Assembly: GCA_963801815.1 (NCBI GenBank)
Contig: CAWDGJ010000003.1
Span: 864,001 to 928,000, forward strand
Direction of reading: 5' to 3'
DNA length: 64,000 nt
Source of the DNA: an uncultured Verrucomicrobiae bacterium
GTDB lineage: Bacteria; Verrucomicrobiota; Verrucomicrobiia; Chthoniobacterales; UBA10450
Shown here: positions 22,839-32,454 of the stretch, piece by piece
How the letters are laid out: every line of letters starts with the position of its first letter
Numbering within the stretch: the first letter of the stretch is position 1
Notes under the pieces: generated by a model
What the model was told of the DNA's origin: nothing
The model's database searches: none
Seen by the model: only the letters and a program-made list of their open reading frames with translations
Program-made: the position numbers and the translations under genes

Positions 22839-23912
22839 ATGTCGTCAAAGGATACAAAATCTCGGGAACAGAGGATTGTGCGGAGTGAAGATCCGCTCAA
22901 TCTCGAGATGCCGTTCGAGCAACTCGATGGTTTCATCACGCCAACCAAATCATTTTACGTTCGGACACATTTTCCGATTCCGAAAATCAATAAGATCGAA
23001 TGGCGTCTGCGAATTGAAGGCGAAGTCGAGAAACCGCTCGAAATAGGGTTCAACGAGTTAGTGAAAATCGAGTCAAAGAAGATTCCAGCGACGCTTGAGT
23101 GCGCCGGAAACAATCGAAATTTCCTGGAGCCAAAAGTCAAAGGTGTGCAATGGGGACTCGGTGCGGTCGGTAACGCCGATTGGACTGGCGTTCCGCTTTC
23201 CATCGTGCTCGATCGCTCCGGTGTGAAATCAACCGCGCGCGAAATAATTCTGGAAGGCGCGGACTGCGGTCGACTGGAAGATCCGAAAAGCCCGCGCGGC
23301 GAAATCAATTTCGCCCGCAGCATTCCGTTGGAAAAAGCACGCGACGTTTTGCTCGCCTACAAAATGAATGGTGTCGATCTTCCGCCGGAGCACGGGTTTC
23401 CGGTGCGCGCGATCGTCCCCGGCTGGTACGCAGTCGCGTCGATCAAGTGGCTCCAGCGAATCATCGTCACTGACAAACCGTTCAACGGTTACTATCAAAC
23501 GCTCGATTACGCGTTTTGGTCGCGACGTGGTAACGACGCCCAATTGATGCCACTTTCGGAACTTCAGATTAAAGCCGAGATCGCCCGGCCGAAGCCTGCT
23601 GAAGTGGTTCAAGCAAATTCGCATTTTCGCGTTCACGGCGCGGCTTGGACCGGCCATGGTGAGATCACAAAGGTTGAGCTCAGCTTCGACAATGGAAAAA
23701 CCTGGAGCGACGCGAAGTTGCTCGGAGAATCGAAGCCAAACGCCTGGCGACTCTGGGAATTTGATTGGAAGACGCCGTCCCGCGCAGCGAAAGCAACGGT
23801 AATCGCGCGCGGAACTGATTCGACTGGTGAGACCCAGCCTTTGGAGCGCGATCCAGATCGCGGCACTTACATGATCAATCATTTGCTGCCAATTGAGGTG
23901 GACGTGAAGTGA
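22839..23912 (+). CDS. Sulfite oxidase family molybdoenzyme (no signal peptide)
   Basis: FYVRTH, Mo-ligand LECAGN, GAVGNADWTGV, EHGFPVRAIVPGWYAVASIKWL, C-terminal dimerisation domain. Confidence 0.9.
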   Translation: MSSKDTKSREQRIVRSEDPLNLEMPFEQLDGFITPTKSFYVRTHFPIPKINKIEWRLRIEGEVEKPLEIGFNELVKIESKKIPATLECAGNNRNFLEPKVKGVQWGLGAVGNADWTGVPLSIVLDRSGVKSTAREIILEGADCGRLEDPKSPRGEINFARSIPLEKARDVLLAYKMNGVDLPPEHGFPVRAIVPGWYAVASIKWLQRIIVTDKPFNGYYQTLDYAFWSRRGNDAQLMPLSELQIKAEIARPKPAEVVQANSHFRVHGAAWTGHGEITKVELSFDNGKTWSDAKLLGESKPNAWRLWEFDWKTPSRAAKATVIARGTDSTGETQPLERDPDRGTYMINHLLPIEVDVK

Positions 23913-23918
23913 AATAAT

Positions 23919-23982
23919 CTGTGGTGGCAGGCGTCTCGCCTGCGGGAAAAGAATTTGCAGCCGGGGACGGTTGCCGTCACAG
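23919..23982. repeat. REP-like palindrome doublet
   Basis: CTGTGGTGGCAGGCGTCTCGCCTGC ... GCAGCCGGGGACGGTTGCCGTCACAG. Confidence 0.7.
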
Positions 23983-24027
23983 CTCAAGTTAGTTGAACTT
24001 GGTTACACCTTCGGGTTAAGTCTTGGC

Positions 24028-25428
24028 GTGTCGCTCGTTTTTAAGACAGTTCAAACGCCGGGGATCGCCGAACTCTCATATCTTGTCGGTGATGATGACG
24101 AAGGTCTCGCCGCGGTGTTCGATCCGCGCCCAGACTGCGACATCTACATCAGCATGGCGCGCGAAGCAGGCGTGGCGATAACGCACATTTTTGAGACGCA
24201 CATCCACGCCGACCTAGTGAGCGGCTCGCGCGAGCTCTGCGCGCGGTTGGAGTCGGCGAAAATTTATGCGAGCCACGAAGGTGGCGCAAAATACGACTTC
24301 GCGGTCGAAACACTGAGAGACGGCGATCGTTTCGAATTCGGCGAAGTGCTGATTACGGCAAAACACACGCCGGGTCACACCCCGGAGCATATGTCGTATC
24401 TGCTGGCCGATGTCGAGCTTCCGGACGAGCCGTGGGGAATTCTCACCGGCGATTCGCTTTTCGTTTCGTCGGCGGGTCGTCCCGATTTGCTGGGCGAAAA
24501 ACACACAAAGCAGCTGGCGGAACAACAGTTTCATACGCTCCACGATTTTTATCTCAAAATGCCTGACCACGTGATGATTTATCCGAATCACGGCGCGGGC
24601 TCGCCTTGCGGTGCTGACATCGGGGCGCGTTTAACCAGCACGATCGGTTACGAACGGCGCCACAATAAGTTTCTCCAGTTCGATGATGTGCAAACGTTCA
24701 CCGACTACGCGTTGAAAACCGCGCCGCCGGTCCCGACCTACTATCCGCGGATGAAAAAAGTGAACGCGACAGGCCCGGAAGTGCTCGGCAGTTTACCGCG
24801 CGTTGCTGGGTTACCCCCGAAGCAATTCAAAGCGGCGATCGGAAAGAACGGCAATCAGCTCGTCGATGTACGAACGATGCTCGCATTTGGTGGCGGTCAC
24901 ATCGCCGGCGCATTGAATATTGGTGGCTCGCCGATTCTTTCGATTTGGGCCGGCTGGATGCTCGATCCCGGGAAGCCGATTCTGCTCGTTCTCGAAAATG
25001 ACGGCGATCTCGAAAACATTTTGCGTCTTTTTGTGCGCACGGGTTATACGAGCTTCGCCGGTTATCTGATCGACGGAATGAAGTCGTGGGACGCGGCCGG
25101 ATTTCCGATCGAGCGAATTCCGCAAATGAGCGTTCACGAGTTGAACGAACGACAATCGTCGTTGCAGATTGTGGATGTTCGCGGACCGGGTGAATGGAAA
25201 AAAGGTCACGTCCCTGGCGCGAGGCACATTTTTGTTCCCGAACTTCAAAAGCGAATGGGCGAATTGGATCGCAACCAACCGACGGTGGTTTATTGTGGAA
25301 GCGGTTATCGCTCGAGCATTGCCGCGAGCATTCTGAAACCGGCCGGATTCAAGGAACTTTGGAACGTCCCGGGCAGTTGGGAAGCATGGAAGAAGGCAAA
25401 ACTACCGATCGAAGACGGAGCGGGTTGA
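24028..25428 (+). CDS. MBL-fold hydrolase with two rhodanese domains (persulfide dioxygenase-sulfurtransferase, CstB-like)
   Basis: ETHIHAD, HTPGHTPEH, TGDSLF, HGAGSPCG; rhodanese active-site loop YCGSGYRS. Start GTG 24028 inferred. Confidence 0.85.
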   Translation: MSLVFKTVQTPGIAELSYLVGDDDEGLAAVFDPRPDCDIYISMAREAGVAITHIFETHIHADLVSGSRELCARLESAKIYASHEGGAKYDFAVETLRDGDRFEFGEVLITAKHTPGHTPEHMSYLLADVELPDEPWGILTGDSLFVSSAGRPDLLGEKHTKQLAEQQFHTLHDFYLKMPDHVMIYPNHGAGSPCGADIGARLTSTIGYERRHNKFLQFDDVQTFTDYALKTAPPVPTYYPRMKKVNATGPEVLGSLPRVAGLPPKQFKAAIGKNGNQLVDVRTMLAFGGGHIAGALNIGGSPILSIWAGWMLDPGKPILLVLENDGDLENILRLFVRTGYTSFAGYLIDGMKSWDAAGFPIERIPQMSVHELNERQSSLQIVDVRGPGEWKKGHVPGARHIFVPELQKRMGELDRNQPTVVYCGSGYRSSIAASILKPAGFKELWNVPGSWEAWKKAKLPIEDGAG

Positions 25429-25432
25429 CGCG

Positions 25433-25873
25433 TTATGGATTTCTCCATCTGTGTCTGTGGCGCGGCGGCGGCGTAGCGCCGTCTCTGGCGTAGGGCGCCC
25501 AGAAATCGGTGTCGGCCACATCGGACAGGGAGTCCCACGTTGAGCTGGGCACAGTTGGCAACGTGTCCACGATCTGATCTCCGTAATAGTCTCCGAGAAC
25601 GTTCTGCCCCGTCTCATAAAGGCGACCGTCTTTTAGGTAATCGATCCAATCATCCACTTCGACCGCGTCCCCACTGTTGCGGTTGGTCTCGAGTGCGTAT
25701 TGAGCGAGCGCGTCGTCTATTAAACGTAGATCATTCTTTACCAAGCTAGCCTGTGAGCGTTTTCGAGCGCGCAGGAAGCCCGGCACGGCAATGGCAGCGA
25801 GCAAGGCAATGACCGCCGCGACGATCATTATTTCGACGAGCGTGAATCCAGCCCGGCGGATTGTGGTTTGCAC
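25433..25873 (-). CDS. Type IV pilin / pseudopilin-like protein
   Basis: Prepilin motif RRAG|FTLVEIMIVAAVIALLAAIAVP. Confidence 0.9.
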   Translation of the reverse strand: MQTTIRRAGFTLVEIMIVAAVIALLAAIAVPGFLRARKRSQASLVKNDLRLIDDALAQYALETNRNSGDAVEVDDWIDYLKDGRLYETGQNVLGDYYGDQIVDTLPTVPSSTWDSLSDVADTDFWAPYARDGATPPPRHRHRWRNP

Positions 25874-25910
25874 CGATATTAGGCGGTAGCGACGATTCCG
25901 CTACTTTTTT

Positions 25911-25926
25911 AGCAGATAAAGTGCCA
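25911..25926 (-). promoter_or_regulatory. Putative sigma-54 promoter of the pilin gene
   Basis: Minus strand TGGCACTTTATCTGCT, GG-N10-GC, about 40 bp upstream of the start. Confidence 0.6.
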
Positions 25927-26015
25927 GTTTGTGAGGCGCAACCCGGTTTTCGCCGGAATTTGTTGAAATGCGCCCGCCGTGTCAGTATGGAATGCCAGCC
26001 AGCGAAAAATAAGCG

Positions 26016-26819
26016 ATGTCTCAGGCAGAATTGACGATCCCACGGCGCTCATTCGGCGCGACAACGCGCTCCGATCTTTGGTGGCTGCAACCACTGCTCG
26101 TCTTTCTTGGATTGTCGACGTTCATCGTTTATTCGACATGGGCCGCGTTTCAGGGCGCGCATTATTATATCGGCAATTATATCTCGCCGTTTTATTCGCC
26201 CGAGATTTTCGGCGCTTCACCGCATGCATGGTTTCAGGGCGCGCCGAAGTGGTGGCCGCATTGGATTAATTATTCGCCCGCTTTTCTGATTCTGTGGGCG
26301 CCGGGATGTTTCAGACTTACCTGTTATTATTACCGCGGCGCGTATTACAAAGCTTTCTGGGCCGACCCACCGGCGTGCACAGTGGGGGAGCCGCGCAAAA
26401 CTTATCTCGGTGAGCGGTCGTTCCCGCTCATCATGCAAAACATTCATCGCTATTTTCTTTATATTGCCCTCCTGGTCATCCTTGCTCTGGCCTACGACGT
26501 CTGGGAAGCGCTCTGGTTTGTCGATCCGACGACTGGCAAAACATCTTTTGGGATCGGCGTCGGCACGATTGTGCTCGGTCTGAACGTTTACTTGCTCGGA
26601 GGTTACACCTTTGGATGTCATTCGCTTCGACATTTGGTGGGCGGATTTCTCGATCAATTGTCCGAATCAAAACTTTGCGATCGCGCCTACGCCTGCGTGA
26701 GCTGTTTTAATCGCCGCCATATGATGTGGGCGTGGACAAGTTTGTTCTGGGTTGGTTTCTCCGATGTCTACGTGCGCATGTGTGCAATGGGCATCTGGCA
26801 CGACTTCCGAATCTTTTAA
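26016..26819 (+). CDS. Succinate dehydrogenase membrane subunit (mycobacterial Sdh1-anchor-like)
   Basis: Multi-TM protein with FRLTCYYYRGAYY and GCHSLRH motifs, directly upstream of the flavoprotein. Confidence 0.8.
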   Translation: MSQAELTIPRRSFGATTRSDLWWLQPLLVFLGLSTFIVYSTWAAFQGAHYYIGNYISPFYSPEIFGASPHAWFQGAPKWWPHWINYSPAFLILWAPGCFRLTCYYYRGAYYKAFWADPPACTVGEPRKTYLGERSFPLIMQNIHRYFLYIALLVILALAYDVWEALWFVDPTTGKTSFGIGVGTIVLGLNVYLLGGYTFGCHSLRHLVGGFLDQLSESKLCDRAYACVSCFNRRHMMWAWTSLFWVGFSDVYVRMCAMGIWHDFRIF

Positions 26820-26901
26820 GCGATGAAGCGAGATGCGTTAAAGCGGACTCAATTTTCCCTCGGCCAGCGCTTCAACGCTTCAACCGTTTAACTCTTCAAC
26901 G
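26815..26901. repeat. Octamer (CGCTTCAA family) inverted repeat between sdh genes
   Basis: TTTAAGCG ATGAAGCG AGATGCG TTAAAGCG ... CGCTTCAA CGCTTCAA CCGTTTAA CTCTTCAA CG. Confidence 0.8.
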
Positions 26902-26907
26902 AAATCC

Positions 26908-28719
26908 ATGTCCGATTACGAAACATTCACCCACGATGTTCTTGTCATCGGGTCGGGCGGGGCCGGGTTGCGTGCCGCAATTGAAGCGTCGGCGGCAGGA
27001 GTTTCGGTCGGCATGGTATGCAAATGTTTGCTCGGCAAAGCACATACCGTGATGGCGGAAGGCGGCATCGCCGCGGCACTTGCCAATGTCGATGACCGCG
27101 ACAACTGGCAGGTACACTTCGCCGACACCATGCGCGGCGGACAATATGTCAACAATTGGCGCATGGCCGAGCTGCATGCCAAGGAAGCGCCAGATCGCGT
27201 TCGCGAACTCGAAGCCTGGGGCGCGGTGTTCGATCGCACCAGCGACGGACGCATTCTTCAGCGCAATTTTGGGGGCCACAAATATCCGCGGCTTGCACAC
27301 GTGGGAGATCGCACGGGTCTTGAAATGATTCGGACGTTGCAGGACCACGGCGTTCATCGCGGAATCGAAATTCACATGGAGATTTGCATTCTCGCGCTGC
27401 TGAAAGACGGCGCTCGAATCGCGGGCGCGTTTGGCTACGATCGTGAACGCGGCCGGTTCAAGATTTTTCGCGCGAAAGCGATCGTGCTTGCGACGGGCGG
27501 AATCGGCAAGGCCTACAAAATCACGAGCAACAGCTGGGACTGCACCGGCGACGGGCACGCACTCGCGTATCATGCCGGCGCGGAATTGATCGACATGGAG
27601 TTTATTCAATTTCATCCAACAGGAATGGTCTGGCCGCCGAGCGTTCGCGGAATGCTAGTGACCGAAGGGGTGCGCGGCGAAGGGGGGATTCTCACGAACA
27701 AAGAAGGAAGGCGCTTCATGTTCGATGCGATTCCCGACAACTACCGCAGTCAAACCGCGGACAATCCGGACGAAGGATGGCGTTATTGCACGGGCGATAA
27801 AAACGCCCGGCGGCCACCCGAGTTGCTCACCCGCGACCACGTTGCCCGCTGCATCGTACGGGAGATTAAAGAAGGGCGGGGAACTCCGCACGGCGGTGTT
27901 TACCTCGACATTTCGTGGATCAAAGAAAAGGTTCCGAACGCCGAAGAGCACATCAAACGCAAGTTGCCGAGCATGTATCACCAGTTCAAAGCGCTCGGCG
28001 ACATCGACATCACAAAGGAACCGATGGAGGTCGGGCCGACAACCCATTACATCATGGGCGGCGTCCACGTTGACCCTGATACGGAAATGTCGCGTGTGCC
28101 GGGTTTGTTTGCCGCGGGCGAATGCGCGGCCGGCATCAACGGCGCCAATCGTCTCGGCGGCAACTCGCTCTCTGACCTGCTCGTTTTTGGAAAACGCGCA
28201 GGCGAATTCGCCACCCGCTATGCGAGGGACAATCAATTAGGCAAAATCGATGACAAACAGATCGACCTTGTCGTCGCCGCGGCGCTGAAGCCATTCGAGC
28301 ACGAGACCGGTGAAAATCCTTACGCCGTCCAGCGCGATTTGCAGGAAGTGATGCAGCACAATGTCGGCATTGTCCGGAACGAACACGAAATGCAAACCGC
28401 GCTGGAAGAAATTCAAAAACTCTGGGACCGCGCCAATCAGGTGGGTGTGATTGGAAATCGCGATTTCAATCCCGGCTGGCATACCGCACTTGACTTGAAA
28501 AGCCTGCTTACGATTTCGGAGGCGATTGCCCGCGCTGCCATCGAGCGAAAGGAAAGCCGTGGTGCGCAGTTCCGGGACGACATTCCGGAAAAGGTCGAAC
28601 GGTTTTCAAAGCTGAACACGATTATCGTGAAAGGCGACGATGGTTCGATGCAGGTTCGACTCGAACCATTGCCGGAAATGCCCGATTATCTAGGACGGGT
28701 GATCGAGGAAATGAAATGA
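26908..28719 (+). CDS. sdhA: Succinate dehydrogenase/fumarate reductase flavoprotein
   Basis: VIGSGGAGLRAA, AHTVMAEGG, QFHPTG, TEGVRGEGG, HYIMGG, GANRLGGNSL. Confidence 0.93.
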   Translation: MSDYETFTHDVLVIGSGGAGLRAAIEASAAGVSVGMVCKCLLGKAHTVMAEGGIAAALANVDDRDNWQVHFADTMRGGQYVNNWRMAELHAKEAPDRVRELEAWGAVFDRTSDGRILQRNFGGHKYPRLAHVGDRTGLEMIRTLQDHGVHRGIEIHMEICILALLKDGARIAGAFGYDRERGRFKIFRAKAIVLATGGIGKAYKITSNSWDCTGDGHALAYHAGAELIDMEFIQFHPTGMVWPPSVRGMLVTEGVRGEGGILTNKEGRRFMFDAIPDNYRSQTADNPDEGWRYCTGDKNARRPPELLTRDHVARCIVREIKEGRGTPHGGVYLDISWIKEKVPNAEEHIKRKLPSMYHQFKALGDIDITKEPMEVGPTTHYIMGGVHVDPDTEMSRVPGLFAAGECAAGINGANRLGGNSLSDLLVFGKRAGEFATRYARDNQLGKIDDKQIDLVVAAALKPFEHETGENPYAVQRDLQEVMQHNVGIVRNEHEMQTALEEIQKLWDRANQVGVIGNRDFNPGWHTALDLKSLLTISEAIARAAIERKESRGAQFRDDIPEKVERFSKLNTIIVKGDDGSMQVRLEPLPEMPDYLGRVIEEMK

Positions 28720-29498
28720 GCGAGACCAAAACGACGACGTTCAAAATCTGGCGCGGGAACGCGAACGGCGGGGAGTTTCGCGATTACACGGCCGAAGTCG
28801 CCGAAGGAATGGTGGTGCTCGATGCAGTGCACGACATCCAGCGTTCACAGGCGCAGGATCTCGCCTGCCGCTGGAATTGCAAAGCCGGCAAGTGCGGCTC
28901 GTGTTCGGCCGAGGTGAACGGCATGCCGAAGCTGATGTGCATGACCCGTTTGAGTGACTTGCCGCTCGAGAATCCGGTGCGAGTCGAACCGATGAAGGCG
29001 TTTCCGATCATCAAAGATTTGATCACGGACGTGTCGTGGAATTTTCGGGTGAAGAAAAAAATCAAGCCCTTCAAACCGCGTCCGCCTGACGCGCCCGACG
29101 GAACGTGGCGAATGAAGCAGGCGGACATCGATCGCATCGAGGAATTCCGTAAATGCATCGAATGTTTTCTTTGTCAGGACGTTTGTCATGTCCTGCGTGA
29201 TCACGGCAAGCACGACGAGTTCATCGGGCCGCGATTTCTGGTTCATGTTGCTGCGCTGGAAATGCATCCGCTTGACACCGAAAACCGGATCGAAGAACTG
29301 CGAAGAGCGCAGGGGATTGGGTACTGCAACATTACCAAATGCTGCACCAAGGTTTGTCCCGAAAGTATCCATATTACCGACAACGCGATCATTCCGTTAA
29401 AGGAACGGGTGGTGGACCAGTTCTTCGATCCATTTGGCTGGGTTTGGCGTTGGTTGAAACGAACGCTCGACAGCAGAGCTGTGAAATCCAGGCCGTGA
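28716..29498 (+). CDS. sdhB: Succinate dehydrogenase iron-sulfur subunit
   Basis: CKAGKCGSC..C, CIECFLCQDVC, CNITKCCTKVCP. Confidence 0.93.
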   Translation: MSETKTTTFKIWRGNANGGEFRDYTAEVAEGMVVLDAVHDIQRSQAQDLACRWNCKAGKCGSCSAEVNGMPKLMCMTRLSDLPLENPVRVEPMKAFPIIKDLITDVSWNFRVKKKIKPFKPRPPDAPDGTWRMKQADIDRIEEFRKCIECFLCQDVCHVLRDHGKHDEFIGPRFLVHVAALEMHPLDTENRIEELRRAQGIGYCNITKCCTKVCPESIHITDNAIIPLKERVVDQFFDPFGWVWRWLKRTLDSRAVKSRP

Positions 29499-29540
29499 AT
29501 CGGTTTGCCTTCTTCGATTTAACGATTTAACGAATCACGG
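29493..29540. repeat. Octamer (CGATTTAA) repeat with short opposite arm
   Basis: CCGTGAATCG ... CGATTTAA CGATTTAA CGAATCACGG. Confidence 0.75.
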
Positions 29541-29545
29541 ATTCC

Positions 29546-30046
29546 ATGTCGGAGCTAAAACACCTCTCGAAGGAAGCGATTCCCGCGGCGTTGGAAAAAG
29601 CGGAGCGTTATCGCCTACTCAACGAGCCGGGCGAGGCCGAAAGCATCTGCCTCGACATTCTGAAAGCGGATCCAGAGAACCAACAGGCTATTATCGCGCT
29701 GCTGCTCGCGCTGACCGATCGATTCGAGAAGGGATACGCCGTCAGCGATACGCAGACCAAGGAGCTTCTTGCGCGAATGAAATCGGAATATGATCGCGCT
29801 TATTATACCGGAATCGTTGCCGAGCGGCGCGGCAAAACAAAACTTCGACAACACACGCCAGACTGCCGCTTCCAGGCTTACGATCTTTTTCGAGAGGCGA
29901 TGACTTGGTTTGAAAAAGCGGAGGCCATTCGTCCACCCGGCCATGATGACGCACTCCTGCGCTGGAACACCTGTGCTCGAATCATTGCCAGAAACAATCT
30001 CGTCGCTCGCGAACCGGAAGAGAGAATCGAGTTCCCGCTGGAGTAA
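29546..30046 (+). CDS. Hypothetical helical (TPR-like) protein downstream of sdh
   Basis: 166-aa ORF MSELKHLSKEAIPAALEKAERYRLLNEP..AESICLD..LRWNTCAR. Confidence 0.8.
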   Translation: MSELKHLSKEAIPAALEKAERYRLLNEPGEAESICLDILKADPENQQAIIALLLALTDRFEKGYAVSDTQTKELLARMKSEYDRAYYTGIVAERRGKTKLRQHTPDCRFQAYDLFREAMTWFEKAEAIRPPGHDDALLRWNTCARIIARNNLVAREPEERIEFPLE

Positions 30047-30091
30047 CCCGCCGCTTGCGCGGCGTGCAGTTGTCGTTCCTATTCCTCATTC

Positions 30092-30862
30092 ATGGGGGAT
30101 TTGCGACTGGGAGTTAACATCGATCACGTGGCCACGTTGCGGCAAACCCGCTACGCCGGAATGCCGGATTCGAAGAATGCCGAGCCCGACATCATTGTGG
30201 CGGCGGCGATTTGCGAACGCGCAGGTGCAAACGGGATCGTCGCCCATTTGCGCACCGATCGCCGGCACATGCAGGATCGCGACATCGAACGGCTACGCGA
30301 AAACATCATGACCAAGCTGAATCTGGAAATGGGAAACACACCAGAGATTGTCGATGTCGCGTTGAAAATTGTCCCTGACGAAGTCTGTCTGGTGCCGGAA
30401 AAGCGCGAGGAAGTCACCACCGAAGGCGGCCTTGATGTCGTCACCCTGGGCAAGGAACTGGAAGCGACGATCAAGCGCTTACAGACTGCAGGTGTGCGGG
30501 TCAGCCTCTTTGTCGATCCAACGCTCGAACAAGTCGATGCTGCCCATGCGCTCGGTGTTGAAATGGTCGAATTGCACACCGGGAAACTGGCGAATGCTTT
30601 TTCGGAGAAAATCGAGAAACAGGAATTGGAAAACTTACAGGCTGCAGCCAAAGCGGCATCCGAGTTAAAAATGCAGGTAAACGCGGGCCACGGCATTAAT
30701 TACACAAACATTGCCCTGATTCACAAAATTCCACATTTAAGCGAACTGAACATCGGTCACTCGATCATTTCGCGGGCGATGTTCGTCGGGCTCGAGAACG
30801 CGGTAAGAGAGATGCTCGGGGCCATGGAAGATTACAAAAGCGGCACTGCGCCTCGCACATGA
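30092..30862 (+). CDS. pdxJ: Pyridoxine 5'-phosphate synthase
   Basis: LGVNIDHVATLRQ, HLRTDRRH, VPEKREEVTTEGGLD, VELHTG, NAGHG, LNIGHSII. Confidence 0.97.
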   Translation: MGDLRLGVNIDHVATLRQTRYAGMPDSKNAEPDIIVAAAICERAGANGIVAHLRTDRRHMQDRDIERLRENIMTKLNLEMGNTPEIVDVALKIVPDEVCLVPEKREEVTTEGGLDVVTLGKELEATIKRLQTAGVRVSLFVDPTLEQVDAAHALGVEMVELHTGKLANAFSEKIEKQELENLQAAAKAASELKMQVNAGHGINYTNIALIHKIPHLSELNIGHSIISRAMFVGLENAVREMLGAMEDYKSGTAPRT

Positions 30863-31239
30863 GCGTGATTGGTATCGGCGTGGACCTGGTGGAGTGCACG
30901 CGCATTCAACATTCGCTCGATCGGTTCGGCGAAAAATTTCTGCGGCGCGTTTTTACCGACGGGGAAATCGAATACTCGATGTCGATGAAATTCCCGGCGC
31001 GTCATCTGGCCGCTCGATTTGCGGCTAAGGAGGCGGTTTCAAAAGCATTTGGCACTGGGATTGGAAAGGCGATGGGCTGGCGCAACATCGACATCCGCAA
31101 AAAGAAAAGTGGCGAACCCTTTTTGGTTTTCTCCGGACCGGCCCAGGAACTCGCGGTTAGGCGCGGCGTCGCTTCGGCGTTAATCACGCTCAGTCACACC
31201 GACCATCACGCAATGGCTTGCGTGGTGCTCGAGGCTTGA
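30859..31239 (+). CDS. acpS: Holo-ACP synthase
   Basis: GIGVDLVE, ARFAAKEAVSKAFGTG, ITLSH. Confidence 0.96.
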   Translation: MSVIGIGVDLVECTRIQHSLDRFGEKFLRRVFTDGEIEYSMSMKFPARHLAARFAAKEAVSKAFGTGIGKAMGWRNIDIRKKKSGEPFLVFSGPAQELAVRRGVASALITLSHTDHHAMACVVLEA

Positions 31240-31246
31240 AAAATAT

Positions 31247-31822
31247 TCACGGCGCCATCCCTTTCGCTCGCGCAAGTTGTTCCCGGACGGCAGGCAACTT
31301 ATCGCTGTTGGGAAAGTGGCGAATGAACTCTTCGCAAATCGGAATTGCGCGGGCTGGATTGTTCAAAGTTTCGGTGAAGAGACTGATTTGATTGAACAAG
31401 CTGTTTTCGTGCAGCGGGTTTAGTCGTTGCGCCGTCTCATATTGCGTCAGCGCCTGTTGCGGTTGTCCGGAAAATCGAAACGCGTTCCCGAGGTCGGTGT
31501 GAACGTCGGCATTGTCCAGGCCGCTAGCGATCGCTTCCTGGTATCGGCTTATCGCTTCCGGCCAGCGCTGATGATCGTAGGCAAAATTGCCGAGCACCAC
31601 AGCCGCTTCGCCTGCCGGCATTCCGGAGACGTCGGGTGTCGCGTTTGCCATAGCGGGCGGAGATGGTGCAAACGTCGGACGAACTTGTGGGCTCGAACGC
31701 TGCGACGTGAACATCCAGGTGAGGCCTGCGCCCATGGCAGCCGAGACGATCACGGTCAAAACGTAATTCCACAAAGCTTGTCGCCGACCGGCCGCATTCT
31801 TATTCGCGTTGGGTGAAGCCAT
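31247..31822 (-). CDS. Membrane-anchored tetratricopeptide repeat protein
   Basis: N-terminal TM followed by TPR-like LGN..Y....EAI..Y and DLGNAF...QALTQY repeats. Confidence 0.8.
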   Translation of the reverse strand: MASPNANKNAAGRRQALWNYVLTVIVSAAMGAGLTWMFTSQRSSPQVRPTFAPSPPAMANATPDVSGMPAGEAAVVLGNFAYDHQRWPEAISRYQEAIASGLDNADVHTDLGNAFRFSGQPQQALTQYETAQRLNPLHENSLFNQISLFTETLNNPARAIPICEEFIRHFPNSDKLPAVREQLARAKGMAP

Positions 31823-31865
31823 GAATCAGTTCGCTATGATAAATCCGTTGTTCGATGCAACCAGA

Positions 31866-31897
31866 GAAAAACCCTCGTCGGATTTCTCCGACGAGGG
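31866..31897 (-). terminator. Rho-independent terminator after the Cys-rich peptide gene
   Basis: 11-bp stem CCCTCGTCGGA/TCCGACGAGGG followed by TTTTT on the minus strand. Confidence 0.8.
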
Positions 31898-31921
31898 CCT
31901 GATTTTCTACACAGTGAGTTG

Positions 31922-32050
31922 CTATTTCTTGCAGCAACCCATGCTACAGCATTGTTTGCCTTTGCAACATGTCTCTTTCGTCGGCGCGGTTGCTGCCGTC
32001 GCCGTTCCGATCAACACTGCCAGGCCAACAATCAAAAGAAGATGTTTCAT
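31922..32050 (-). CDS. Small secreted Cys-rich peptide (42 aa, three CC pairs)
   Basis: MKHLLLIVGLAVLIGTATAATAPTKETCCKGKQCCSMGCCKK*; AGGAG RBS upstream, terminator downstream; below the ORF-track cutoff. Confidence 0.8.
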   Translation of the reverse strand: MKHLLLIVGLAVLIGTATAATAPTKETCCKGKQCCSMGCCKK

Positions 32051-32115
32051 AATTCTCCTACTTTGATTTTACGATGAATCCGGCTGCGTGACCTGAATCA
32101 CGTGCCGGCCGTGCC

Positions 32116-32454
32116 TTAGGAGAACGCGCCGCGCGGTGGCGGCACCGGCGGACGCTGAAAGCGGGCGCTTACACGATCGTTTACGGACGCTGTGAAACTA
32201 TTCCTGCTCATTCCGGCGACAAAATCGTCCGAGCTATTCGCATAACCAACAAAGCACGGGGCTTGGACGGAACAACAGGTCGAATTCGAACTCGTTTGAT
32301 TGGAACTCAACGGACAACGCTGGCACGGGTCGAGTTTCACACGCGCGCAACAATTCGAATGCGGGGACAAAGCTTTGGTCACTTCAATCGGCGCCATCGG
32401 GGCGACCAGCACTCCCAGCACCAAAGTGAGCGAGAGCAGAGTCCTGCTGAGCAT
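32116..32454 (-). CDS. Cys-rich small protein with Pro-rich C-terminus (DUF2946-like architecture)
   Basis: Hydrophobic N-terminus, CC, CxxC, CC motifs, C-terminal RPPVPPPR; TGnTAATTT 7 nt before the ATG. Confidence 0.65.
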   Translation of the reverse strand: MLSRTLLSLTLVLGVLVAPMAPIEVTKALSPHSNCCARVKLDPCQRCPLSSNQTSSNSTCCSVQAPCFVGYANSSDDFVAGMSRNSFTASVNDRVSARFQRPPVPPPRGAFS

